Below, in pieces: positions 48,301 through 58,700 of a stretch of DNA of 64,000 nucleotides. Made by a program: the position numbers and the translations under genes. Below the pieces are notes generated by a model that searched no databases, had not been told where the DNA came from, and worked only from the letters and a program-made list of their open reading frames with translations. Source of the DNA: Laetmonice hystrix (taxonomy: Eukaryota); assembly GCA_965235115.1 (NCBI GenBank), contig OZ249436.1, forward strand, positions 40,054,001 to 40,118,000, read 5' to 3'. Numbering within the stretch: position 1 is the first letter of the stretch; each line of letters starts with the position of its first letter.

Positions 48301-51300
48301 GATGGTACGATCTCTGACTCCACTAATTGCGATTTCCGGATCAGCTAACTCCTTTTTGAGAGTGTTGCGGTAATCTTCGTTGTTGGCATCGTACAATTGG
48401 CGTCGTTGCAACAATCGTACAATCGTACATCGACAATAGATTGCAACTCTATGAAACAACCTAATCCCATGGATAGACCAAATTTCAACACCATAGGCCT
48501 ACCTTTACTTTTTTGCTTTTTTTATAATTATGTTTTCTTAATTTGTGTACAAAAGGAACTATAACAATAGTTTGGTAGATGTTAAGATATAGATGATAAC
48601 ATGATTGATGTTTTTTCCCGTATTGTATGACCCGTAGCCAGCCTGGTGACGTGTAGTCAGGTGATCGGGGCCGGACTCCTCTGTTGGTGTACGGACGCGG
48701 CGACTCCGCGTCCTCTCAACGGCACCGGCTGTGGCAGTACGTAGGCTACATCACGCATAATACACGCATAATATGAGAGATTTGTGAAACATGCGGATTA
48801 CAGAATCATTGGCTTACAAAATTGTAGAAGAGGTTACCAGAAAGTGTGTTCAGATTGTACGGATTAAAAGAGCACGGATTAACGAGGTCCAACCCGTAGG
48901 ATGATAGCTTTTCACGAAATACGCCCTGTCTTTTTTCTGGAATGATAGCAGTTGCCACTTCGGTTTTATCGGATGAGGCCTCCTCTACAGGTCATACGTA
49001 ATAAACAATAATGTGTATTTATTAGATAATAACCCTTCTCCATTGACGGGTTATTAATATGGGCCTTATTAACGTCCGTTTTGTGACGTCCGGACAGACA
49101 TAAATGAATGCGAGGCTCGTAATGGCGGATGTGAACAGACCTGTGTTGACCTTGGGGGAGATTTCTACTGCGCGTGCGCTGAAGGCTACCTTCTGGCTCG
49201 TGACGGCCTGGGCTGTGACGGTAGGCTGGACAAATACGTTAAACATAAATCACTGCCCCCCCACGATACCCAACGTTACCCCCCTGAATACAGAAATTGT
49301 ATTCAATAAGAATGGATGTTCACAAGTCCTACAGAAATGATGGTCATGTATAATAATAATAATATCTTTATTCGCACAAAATACAGTGGTCTCTAACTTA
49401 GCTGCCCGTTTCTGAAGTGATCTATGGCTAAGGCCGAGATACTTACGACGGAGGTGGTTTTACTATCGGAACAGCACCAGTGACCTGAGACCATCACTAA
49501 TAGGGTTAAGACCGTGCATGACCGCTGTGTCAGGGACTCCAATTGTGCAATAACCCACGGCGGGCACAGACTGTCTGGAAACCAATTTTATCAGAGTCAA
49601 AGCAGCTTATAAATTAAGCCATGCTGTCTAGTGAGCCCCCCCCCCGTAATATTCGCCCCCCCCCCCCAAAAACAAACAAACGGGCAGCTGGTTTAGTGAG
49701 GGACCACTGTGTAAATGGCACACATTTACAACCATAAAAACACAGAGTATTAAGTAGTAAAAAGGTAATTGATGAAAGTGCTAACATCATCTCTCGTAAA
49801 ACTCTCACAACTCATCCTTACAGTTTCTGTCACCATGACCTCTGTGGAAGCCTGTCCCTTTCTAAATTCCCGACTCAGCTTTTGTTACCCGCGAATGATG
49901 GAGAGACTGTTTATTGATGTTTTTTCTCTACAGATCAGAACGAGTGTCTCAGTAATGAGAAGCTTTGCCTCCGGCCTGAATACTGCCTCAACACATACGG
50001 AAGCTACTATTGTATTACACCAGAGGGTAGGTAACACCGCAGCGTCAGCTGAACTTCCTGTCAGTCAGGATTTTAAGGCCTCAAATGCTTCTTTTCTTAT
50101 CCTTTCAGATAAAAAAAGTCAGTGCGGTGATTCTTCGAATGCGATTACTGTTCGGCACATGACAAAATATTGAAGAAAACCAAACTAATGGAATGATGTT
50201 CAATATTTGTAATAGCCTATATATAACGTGTAAAACTCATAGCTGACAATCTACCACTCCAACCATTTCAACGTTCTGCCACAACGCTACACTGCCCACC
50301 CCAAATATGGAGCAGTTGGATTTTTCGGGGGGGGGGGGGGGGGGGGGTGGACTTGACGCGATGGATTTTAGGTGACGCGCGCGGTGACAAGAAACGAATA
50401 ACATCAGTACCGCGCCCGGTAGTTCAAACATGATGGGGTCTCGGCTGGCCGAGTGGTCGAGCAGACTGGTCGATCAGCCCAAAGTACCCGACTGCACCCG
50501 ACTGACCATGCCACACTGGGCCGACTACACCTGATCCGACTACCCGAGACCATCTGGTCGGGGGTAGTCGGCTCTGTCTGACCCGGCATACACGTACGAC
50601 TGTTTAGTTGTGCAACTGTCAAAGACTAAATAGTCGTGCGTGTATGCCGGGCGAAAAACAGCTCACGACTACCCACAACAACCAGTCGGGTGGAGTCGTG
50701 AGTTATCTAGCAGTGCTAGATATTTTTGCCCGACTGTTTGGTCTAGTCGGGTCTACTCGCTACGTGTATGCACTCGCACGACCGGTTGGGGAGAGTCGGC
50801 CGGTCACTAGCCAATCACAGCGCTCCTGTCAGATGCCCGCTAGGTGGCCGGAGTAGTTTCATTGACTGGCGCCAAGACAACGCGGCCATATGGTCAATGT
50901 CACGCTGCATTAAGCCCCAGTCACATCTAGTCGTACAATTTTTGGATCGCACGATAGGCAGGGGTAATCGGGGATCGTGAGGTATCGGGGGCCTGTCGTG
51001 GAATCGCTCGACGATTATGAGATAGTGGTCACACACTAAAGATTAGTTTGCGAACATGTTGTGATCCGTTGCACGAATGCTCATAGGATTTCTCGCAGGA
51101 ATTATCCAGACAAAGCGAGTACCTACGATTGACAAGGAACAATCGTAAGACTGGTCAGGTTTACTCGTGCGATAGTCGTGGGAATAGCTGTGCAAGTTGT
51201 GCGATGGTATTGTGATGACTGTGCGACTGTCAACAGCCACGATAAGGCACGACCACCTCTTAAGTTGTTACCAGTCGTAGCGTGTAAGCACCCTGGTCAG

Positions 51301-53360
51301 TGCAGTTGCGACGCACGACTCTGTAGTTGTTGACATTTACACAACTAAACAGTCATATAGGGTCATGTTGGGTCATGACACCAGGGACCATCGCCCCACA
51401 CCTGCGGGTGGCATGGGCTGCGTATTTAATTAGTAATTGCTTTATATACACACCCTGTTGGTCGGGTACCACAGAACAGGTGTGACAGATACAGCACAGG
51501 GGTTGATCACGATATTAAACTATATCTCAGCGAAATCACAAATCTTAAGGTAGTGCACGTTGTAGGTAAACATTTAAGCATGCTTTTTAAATGTAATGGG
51601 CCTTGATTCTTGACATTTAGTTTACTGAAAATCAAAGAAACTTATACATCCAGGTAACAACGACTCATGCCAACGTCATATAGACGAAAGTGACACCAAG
51701 CCTCAATATCCACATTGCAGGTATTAGTGGTATCTGTGATGGATGCTGCCATCTGGTGGTCAGTTTTATATAGGCGCAATCTAGAGGATAATCCGCGGAT
51801 ATGTCCACAAATGTCAGCTAAATGTGTCCAGTAATCCGGACATGTCCCCAAATGTCAGCTAAATGTGTCCGGTAATCCGGATATATATCCGCAAACATCA
51901 GCTAGATGTGTCCGGTACCGGACACATCTAGCTGATGTTTGCGGACATATCTCCTATTGGACATATAACTAGCCATTCGGACGTATCTAACCGGAACACA
52001 GGCCCTTACCACTCGCACTAGACGTGAGACCTTCAGTCGCAGGCAGGTTGTTGCACATGATCAACAACCTCCCTGCGATGGATTTTGGTCGTGCGATTAT
52101 GGAGGACTACCCACGACCACCCAGGACTTGTGGCATAAGATTGCTTGGGATTTATAGTCGCAGCCTGGTCGTAACCTGTTGTAAGTTGTCGTATCTCCTA
52201 GTGGGACCTAGGTATAATGTGCAATAACCTGGCTGCGACTGGCGACTAAAGAAGTCGCAACCTATTCGTCACTTGTAGTGCGACGGTCGTGCGATGGTCT
52301 GGGGACAAGTCCGTGGTGGCCGCACAATGTTATGGCTGACCGTAGGATTCTCCTGTCGTACAACAATTGGACGACCTTCCCCGACCAGTCGCAGGACTTG
52401 TTATGCGATTAGAGCTGATAGCACGACCAGTCGCATGACGAAGCAAGGAGGGTCGTGCGACAGGCCCTCACCACTCGCACGTAGATAATCGTGCACATGG
52501 TCGGGCGATTAGTGGTGCTATCAGTCAACAACAAGTCTGCTACAGGTCGCACGACTGGTCTTACAATGTGACTGCTAATCTCAAAACGGAGCTCATATCC
52601 ACGATTGCCCAAGACCGGCCCTAGTCGCACGACTGGACTGGTCGCAGGGAATCGCGGGTTCTACTGGGACTGGGGGGTTACATGGAGAGGCCCACCCACT
52701 GCGGATCAAAGGGTGAGGGGCTAATCCCCCCCCCCCCACACACACACACACAGGAAATATAATAAATACGGTAAATATTGAGAGGTAGATTTATTTGATG
52801 GTGCAGAGTTGACCCATCCACTTTTCTTTTCGTTCCCCTATTGCAAAACTGCCATATTAAGTAAGTGATCAGTTATAGCCTAAGGGTAGGCCTACACTCC
52901 AGAACCCTCACCCCTACAGACGTGACGCTGAGAACGTAAACATGGTGTTGATTCCTTTATTTATCCAGGTGAGGACGGACGTTACCTGGGGCTGACCGGT
53001 CGTGACGATTCCGAGTCGGTTACCTCCACCAACAGCCTGGCTGTGGCGGCGACCGTGGCGGGCGTCGTGTCTGTTGTGATTCTTGTCCTAGGTCTATTAG
53101 CACACCGACTCGTCGGCCGGATCAAGGCCCGGCGCCGCGCCGGCTCCGACACGTCGTCTCCCGGATTAGGCGGTCACACCCCACGGTTTCTTGACGCAGG
53201 ATCATGGGGCTTCAACTCGGTGAGGTCGAAGCTGTCGGCCTCCGGGGAGTCGGTGGTGTCTAAGAGTCTGTCTGAGACTGAGAGCGACCTGTCCCTTGAT
53301 GCTGTGGGTGTCAATGTCTTCACCTTGCCTAATCCTGCCATCCCCAGTGGAAATCAATGA
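21365..53360 (+). CDS. Type I transmembrane collagen-like protein (SP-VWA-COL-EGFx4-TM), 21 coding exons, about 956 aa
   Basis: Exons 21365-21373, 24341-24383, 24668-24697, 25852-26156, 27302-27403, 29507-29702, 29987-30058, 32309-32380, 32549-32728, 33710-33853, 35799-35978, 36352-36531, 38031-38210, 42720-42935, 44150-44212, 44833-44901, 45677-45799, 48638-48736, 49098-49220, 49934-50026, 52969-53360. All GT-AG with compatible phases; total 2871 nt with no internal stop. Confidence 0.85.
22542..22742. mobile_element. PIF/Harbinger-type MITE, TTA TSD
   Basis: tta|ggggcagaccatttgatac ... gtatcaaatggtccgcccc|tta. Confidence 0.8.
24341..24383 (+). CDS. Exon 2, signal peptide ([14 protein letters not shown])
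   Basis: ctctgcacag| ... |gtaaat. Confidence 0.7.
24668..24697 (+). CDS. Exon 3, end of signal peptide ([10 protein letters not shown])
   Basis: ttccag| 30 nt |gtaagt, phase 1-1. Confidence 0.65.
24957..25563 (+). repeat. 31-bp minisatellite, about 19 copies
   Basis: ctgttccccggtcaggcaatagttcctcgaa. Confidence 0.95.
25852..26156 (+). CDS. Exon 4, VWA domain N-part with MIDAS DHSGS
   Basis: [33 protein letters not shown]. Confidence 0.93.
27302..27403 (+). CDS. Exon 5, VWA ([16 protein letters not shown])
   Basis: ttacag| ... |gtaata. Confidence 0.92.
29507..29702 (+). CDS. Exon 6, VWA C-part ([24 protein letters not shown])
   Basis: Hand translation; aag| ... |gtcagc. Confidence 0.9.
29987..30058 (+). 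CDS. Exon 7, Pro-rich linker and start of Gly-X-Y
   Basis: [24 protein letters not shown]. Confidence 0.85.
30216..31652 (+). repeat. 37/38-bp minisatellite (with shorter variants), about 39 copies
   Basis: catcaatcaacctaacagttgtcgacagaacgtaaaa. Confidence 0.95.
32309..32380 (+). CDS. Exon 8, collagen (8 triplets)
   Basis: 72 nt, phase 1-1. Confidence 0.9.
32549..32728 (+). CDS. Exon 9, collagen (20 triplets)
   Basis: 180 nt, phase 1-1. Confidence 0.92.
33363..33619. mobile_element. MITE rich in CAATA/TATTG words
   Basis: agcgacccatacacgatcaata / tattgatcgtgtacgggccgct. Confidence 0.75.
33710..33853 (+). CDS. Exon 10, collagen (16 triplets)
   Basis: 144 nt, phase 1-1. Confidence 0.92.
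34979..35155. mobile_element. MITE with about 34-bp TIR
   Basis: aagccgattccccttgcgacggccatacgatttt / aaaatcgcatgggcgtcgcaaggaaaatcggctt. Confidence 0.8.
35158..35682. mobile_element. Harbinger-type MITE (TCGT/ACGA words); truncated inverted copy at 50911-51257
   Basis: ttaa|ggcccagtcacac ... atgtgactggggc|ttaa. Confidence 0.8.
35799..35978 (+). CDS. Exon 11, collagen (20 triplets, one Gly>Ala)
   Basis: 180 nt, phase 1-1. Confidence 0.92.
36352..36531 (+). CDS. Exon 12, collagen (20 triplets)
   Basis: 180 nt, phase 1-1. Confidence 0.92.
36653..36792 (+). repeat. 21-bp near-palindromic tandem repeat, about 6.5 copies
   Basis: aattaccaccgcggtgggaat. Confidence 0.95.
38031..38210 (+). CDS. 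Exon 13, collagen (20 triplets)
   Basis: 180 nt, phase 1-1. Confidence 0.92.
38295..38688. mobile_element. MITE (fragments also near 50350-50400 and 53745-53810)
   Basis: aggcc..tcgtttcttgtcc / ggacaagaaacga..ggcct. Confidence 0.65.
38860..40397. mobile_element. 1538-bp palindrome of a Harbinger-derived element with transposase remnant in each arm
   Basis: Arms 38860-39604 and 39653-40397; [39 protein letters not shown] is the Harbinger/HARBI1 DDE motif. Confidence 0.92.
42720..42935 (+). CDS. Exon 14, collagen (24 triplets)
   Basis: 216 nt, phase 1-1. Confidence 0.9.
43084..43986. mobile_element. Harbinger-type MITE (CGTA/GGATC words)
   Basis: aaagcccccgtcacactttcgcggatc / gatccgggaaagtatgacaggggcttt; core gttttgaacatgttcaaaac. 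Confidence 0.85.
44150..44212 (+). CDS. Exon 15, collagen (7 triplets)
   Basis: 63 nt, phase 1-1. Confidence 0.9.
44833..44901 (+). CDS. Exon 16, end of collagen domain
   Basis: [23 protein letters not shown], |gtaagt. Confidence 0.88.
45677..45799 (+). CDS. Exon 17, calcium-binding EGF-like domain
   Basis: [31 protein letters not shown]. Confidence 0.93.
46161..46440. mobile_element. PIF/Harbinger-type MITE, TTA TSD
   Basis: tta|ggggccatct..ttcacacgttttttt / aaaaaaaacgtgtgtgaa..agatgccccc|tta. Confidence 0.75.
47728..47881 (+). repeat. About 41-bp degenerate tandem repeat
   Basis: aattcatttcgtaagtcaaaatgaattcgtt..agacgg. Confidence 0.85.
48638..48736 (+). CDS. Exon 18, 4-Cys truncated EGF-like module
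   Basis: [30 protein letters not shown], phase 1-1. Confidence 0.7.
49098..49220 (+). CDS. Exon 19, calcium-binding EGF-like domain
   Basis: [40 protein letters not shown]. Confidence 0.93.
49934..50026 (+). CDS. Exon 20, 4-Cys cbEGF-like module
   Basis: [31 protein letters not shown]. Confidence 0.88.
50582..50651. repeat. 70-bp hairpin inside a CCGA/TCGG-rich MITE remnant
   Basis: cccggcatacacgtacgact / agtcgtgcgtgtatgccggg. Confidence 0.75.
52001..52650. mobile_element. Harbinger-type MITE remnant(s) (CGAC/GTCG words)
   Basis: ggccct(t/c)accactcgcac occurs twice; core ggttgttgcacatgatcaacaacc. Confidence 0.55.
52969..53360 (+). CDS. Exon 21, transmembrane helix and Ser-rich cytoplasmic tail
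   Basis: ttatccag|; [22 protein letters not shown] followed by [15 protein letters not shown] ends at 53360. Confidence 0.8.
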
Positions 53361-54851
53361 AGTATTGCTGTGTGTACATGATAGAGCTAGGCCTACTCAG
53401 CGTGCTTGGCGAGGGATTCCATTAGAGTTATCACCATTGAGACCGAACGAGACCTTAACGTGGGGGGGGGGGGGGGGGGGTGAACCCACTAACAAGCTGA
53501 TTCAAAGATTTTTCTCCAGTCCTTGTGTTGCCGCTGAAATATCGCTGCTAAAATAACATTGTGCATAGAGAATGCCACTGGCAGGCTAAAATCGAGGTTT
53601 GGGGACCAATGACCTACGTATTGAGAAAGACAAATTGGACCCGAGCGCGTTCATATTATGGTACTGTACCTCAGTGGGGAAGTTACGTCGACACACGGCT
53701 CCACTGGTCTAAAGGATGTGAATTATCCCACCACAGGTCTCCTAAGGCCAAAAAAAGAAAAATCTCGGTTTCTGGTCTGAAGAACATTTCAAAAGTGGTG
53801 CGGTGACGCGGGGGGGGGTTAAGATTTTTTTTGGTGACAGCTGGTTAAAATGGTAAGCCTCCTAAGATTTACCATGCAAAATGAACTCATAAACAAGGAC
53901 CATGACCTTTGCTGTCATCGCTTTGAATACAACACACTTCCGTTGCAGTGTTAATGAAATATCCATGGCAACAATGGTTAGTTTCAAGCCTTACCGCTAG
54001 GTGGCAGCACAATTCAAACGCGAGCGGCCTATACCTACTGACATATTTGTTTTTACATAGCCTACAAAACAGGCGCCGATACAGCACTGCAAAGGGGGGA
54101 CGCCCTCTAATGTCTTATACCACGAAGTTGATGACCTAGGACCTGCATATCCAAGGAATCCAGGTCCGGCGGACCTCCATTCCAGCGGACTTGCATTCCC
54201 TTCACACCGGTTCATCCCGATGCCTCACGATTGGCCGAATCGGGATGAATCGGCTTCCAGACCGGGGTGACACCTCGTGGAAGTCTAGCAAACAAACTCC
54301 AGCACTGCCACCTGACGGGAAGGAATGAGATACCACCACTTGCCTACACTTGCCTATTTTATACAGTCTAGCTAACAGCTAGGAGTAAGTAGGGATGTTG
54401 CCGGCGGGAAAATAAGGATAGACCTTGAGCAGTGAAGGCCAAGCATAATTTTTTAAATACTGCTGGGCCATTATCTGACCTATCTGTAGTCGGTGGTGTC
54501 TCGCCCCTCCAGGCCTATCAATATTAAACCATATATTTTATAGACTCTACCTAACTTCATTGTAACTCACTGCTTCCATTTCGCGCATTGGTAGAGACCC
54601 CAGTGGGGGGTTACGGGGGTTGCGCCCCCCCCCCCCCCCCACCGTTGGCGCAAACCTAGATCCGCCCCTGGACCCCCTGACAGAAGTATTGTATGTCCAG
54701 GGGTTATAATATTATGCAGATCTTACGTATAGCTACTTTTAGATATACATGTAGGCTACAGTCTTACGTATAAGCTACTCATATATTTCATAACAAAAGA
54801 TAGCCTAATAATAAAACTAGTGCTCAAAGTAAACAAGTGCTAATAACGTCT

Positions 54852-55067
54852 AAAGCCGGGGTTCCATGTATATATACATACGTTTCTATTATCCCCTTCC
54901 GTTATCCGTTTCCGATTCGCTCGTTTGTGCCTATTTTCTATGGGAGAGTTTCCATGTGTACGTTTCGTAGTCCGATTGTACATATGGAAACGCTCAATAG
55001 GAAATAGGCATAAAAAATCGAATCGGAAACGGATAACGGAAACGAATACCCATGGAAACCTGGCTTT
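54852..55067. mobile_element. MITE (GGAAAC/TTTCC words); related remnant adjacent to about 55570
   Basis: aaagccggggttccatg / catggaaacctggcttt. Confidence 0.7.
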
Positions 55068-55588
55068 AAAGATCCGTTTCCATGAGAACTTTTCCGTCTC
55101 ACGGTTGCGTTTTGAAGAATCCGTATCTGTTTCGCCACAAACAATACCTTTTCCAGTCATATGGCATTATATATTTTATCTCGTATCCAGATTTAAATAA
55201 ATCATCACGGTGTATCTTTACGGATTCTGTTTGTCCCTCACAAGGATAGTAAGAATATTTACTTTCTGATTGTCTAATTATTGACCGGTTTGGAGTAGGT
55301 TTGTTCGAGTCATGTCCCCACCTCCCTGCCAACATTCTTGAGGTCAGTTCGTAATAAAAGTCACATCACCGGGTGTCTCCCGCATCAGAAATAGGTCTAT
55401 TCCCTTTTCACCTAGCGGATATCTACGGTACTACATTTTGCTGTCCGTTGTGCCGTCCGTTGAGTTTCAAACGGAATCGGACAATCACGTATACATGGAA
55501 ACACTTTCATACCAACTATAGACATGAGCGATCGGGAAACGGAATCGGAAATCTGCACATGGAAACGACCCATTTAGTCGGATGTGAC

Positions 55589-55763
55589 CAGGGCCCGGCT
55601 TCAGAAAGGTTAGCATGATCTTAACTTAAGCTCTGCTTAGCCTTTTAGGACCCCTGATTGGCTGGTCCTCTGCTGCTCAGCTTCAACCAGCCAATCAGGG
55701 GTCCTAAAAGGCTAAGCAGAGCTTAAGTTAAGATCATGCTAACCTTTCTGAAACCGGGCCCTG
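55589..55763. mobile_element. Near-perfect 175-bp palindromic MITE, CAGGGCCC family
   Basis: Arms of about 78 bp with one visible mismatch, cagggcccgg...ccgggccctg. Confidence 0.9.
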
Positions 55764-58700
55764 AAGTCAATCACAGCCATCGTGGCGCTATATTGTAAAG
55801 AGCTGCTGACTTGAGAAAAGATCAAGAGACACTGTAATGGCAGGTCATTGATTGTACATGTCAATAGCCGTAGGTAGAGCCCACTTTACCTGTGCCTCAA
55901 CGCCATCTGTCATGCTCCCTTTCATAGATCTATGACAGGTCGCATGACAGACCGAGCTAGAGTATATTAGACTCTATAGCAGCCGCATAATCCTCTACAA
56001 CAGTAAGGTAAGGTAGCCTAAATAAGGGGTATTGAAGTTGACGTCTCTAAAGGCCTACACTTGACCTATATTATTGTTCTTGATGAAATAAAAATCCGGG
56101 AACGACATACGTGTAATCCAGTTATATGTGTGTACACGGTGAAACGGTTTGTCTGAGCGTAGGCAAAGCCTGTATATATTCATGTTGGCTTAGTTGAATC
56201 ATAGAACTGTACTCTACTGCTTTTAATGCTATATAGAAGGCCTATAGTATATGTAGATCTATAGGCTGCTTATATGCTATATAACATAATATCATATGCC
56301 TATAGTACATGTATATGTACCCTACACTTTCTATCCATGGTATTAAGGACAGGGACTTATAAATATAGCCTTCTTATCAAAAGAACACATTTTATATGCT
56401 ATCAAAATGTTCTTAAACTGGTTCCGGATGGTACACTGTCATGACAGTTTAGACAACATGTTTCACGCAAAAGCAGACGTCCCTTTTTCTTTCTTTGCCT
56501 AAGAACAGACATAACAGCTTTTTCCTGAGACACTCTTGTCTCCCCAGCAATATCCTGCATGGCCTATACCCATGTACATAGTGATCCTATAGCTGACCCA
56601 GTTCGTAGAGTCCTCCATGTCAATATCCCACATCGTCATATATAGAAATCAACGTCAGATGACAAGAGATAAAAAGCCTTGAAACTTTATTATAACAAAA
56701 GATTTAACTTGAATCTATGCCATCACCTTTTATCGGTAGCCTACATCCGGAACCAGTAGGCTCTCTCTCTCTCTCGACCCTGATATAGAAATGTCGGATA
56801 AAATGAGAAGTGTGTGTGGACCAAGTGGTAAAAAGGTGCATGTCGCGACGGTTATGTCAGTGGTTCCGCGTAAACAATCTTCCAAATTGTAACAAGAACG
56901 CACTAACTGCCATTTTATTAAAGAAACAGGTAATAATAATGTAGCCTACATCACCCCAACCCCCACCCCAAAAAATGACTCAACTCTCATGTCAATGGGA
57001 TGGGGATAGTATTTTTTTCTCTCTCTTAGTTATGCGGTCAATTCCATATCAACTATACATACCATTCACTAACACTAGGCCCTCCGACTCAGCCATTTGC
57101 CCCCCCCCCCCCATGTCAGCAATAAGGGTCCCGGCGTTATTTGTTTTTTTACGGGAGATGCTTTAAAGGTACACTCACATGTCTCTTTAAGGACATCTTC
57201 CAGCCATCTTTTCGTTCGGAATATTCTTGAATTAGTGATCAAAATGCTTAAACAATTGTTTAAGCACAAAGGACAATGCTGAACGCCTAGAGCGAGGCAT
57301 TCTATTGGAAGAAAGCGAAACGTGACTAGCCTTACAATGTAGGCCTACACATGTCCAGTACAATGTGCCGACTCTTTCAAGTAATGTCAATATCTTCGTC
57401 AATAGGCCTATTGGTATAAAACTCAAATATGAGCTATCTAGTCCCTCATTTTCATTTTTGACAATGCCGCCCAACTATAGGCCTACTACAAAATAGTGCT
57501 CAGGCTCTTAGCATGGTGAACATCAGCGGTAGTTCGTTACCACGAGTTAACTAAATCCCTGCGACTTATTTAACTCAAACATATTTAACACTCCGTAACA
57601 AACTTGTGCGCACCATTTAAAAATAAATTATTCTATACTTCCGGGGCTTCATTATTCTGAAGCAAGCAAAATGAAAAAATAGTAACTTAGTACAGAAGGG
57701 TGGAAAATGAACCGTAACCCACCATTATTTTCTATCTGGCCCTATATTGTATAAAGATGTACGCTATACGCTTTGGAAATATAACCATCATGTGCTGGGC
57801 AGAGAAACGTTATAACGTACCATAAAGGGATAGATTTTATGTACCAGATATTTTTAGGTCAGATATAATCCCAAAGTACACGGAAATCCTTGTGCATGCT
57901 CATCCCTGGATGCTGACGGCGATTAATACACCTGGGCACTGACCAAGTATAGGGAAGAGAGGTTAAGACGGACTCCCTGCATGTCCAAATACTAGTTCTC
58001 GGCCAGTTTGGGGCTCAATGCATTAGTATGCTGTCTCACTGAGTGCCCCGGATCTACCCCGTGTTTGTTCATACGATCTTGAATGCAGGACTACATTATG
58101 TCAACTCGGCATAAAAGCCTCGTCGAGCATTCCCTGATCCGATTGCATATTTCTCAACGCAAGCTGCCTTGGACTCCATCAGCCAAACAACTCTAAAAAG
58201 ATTGATGCCATGGGATGCGTTTGTCGAGGATACTTAAAAGAACCTGAGATGCATTTAATGTAAGGTCATGACATGGTTGTCTGATATTAAACTATAGCCC
58301 GAAAGGTTCATCCCCCTGGATATTGAATCTAGCATTTGTAATATTATTTTTTATTTGCGTGTTTTCCGATCCGGAACGACCTTTTTTTATTATCACTATT
58401 GCAAAGTATATGAACCACGAACGTTGCTATGGACAATAGCTCCGCTTAGAGCGTAGGCTTAATCACTGGATAAAAATAGTATTATAACACACCTGGATTC
58501 AACAGAACAACCAATGCCCTATAGGTTAAAGCAGGGATGAAAGTGGCCAGCTGTAAAATTTCCTGAAATTCTGACCGGGGGGGGGCGGGGGCCAATGTCC
58601 ATAATTAATATTTGTTCATGCGCACATCCAGGCAAAACTCGCGCATGGATATGGCATAATGGCAAGCCTGAATCAACGGGCTTCGCAGCTGCCTGACCGT

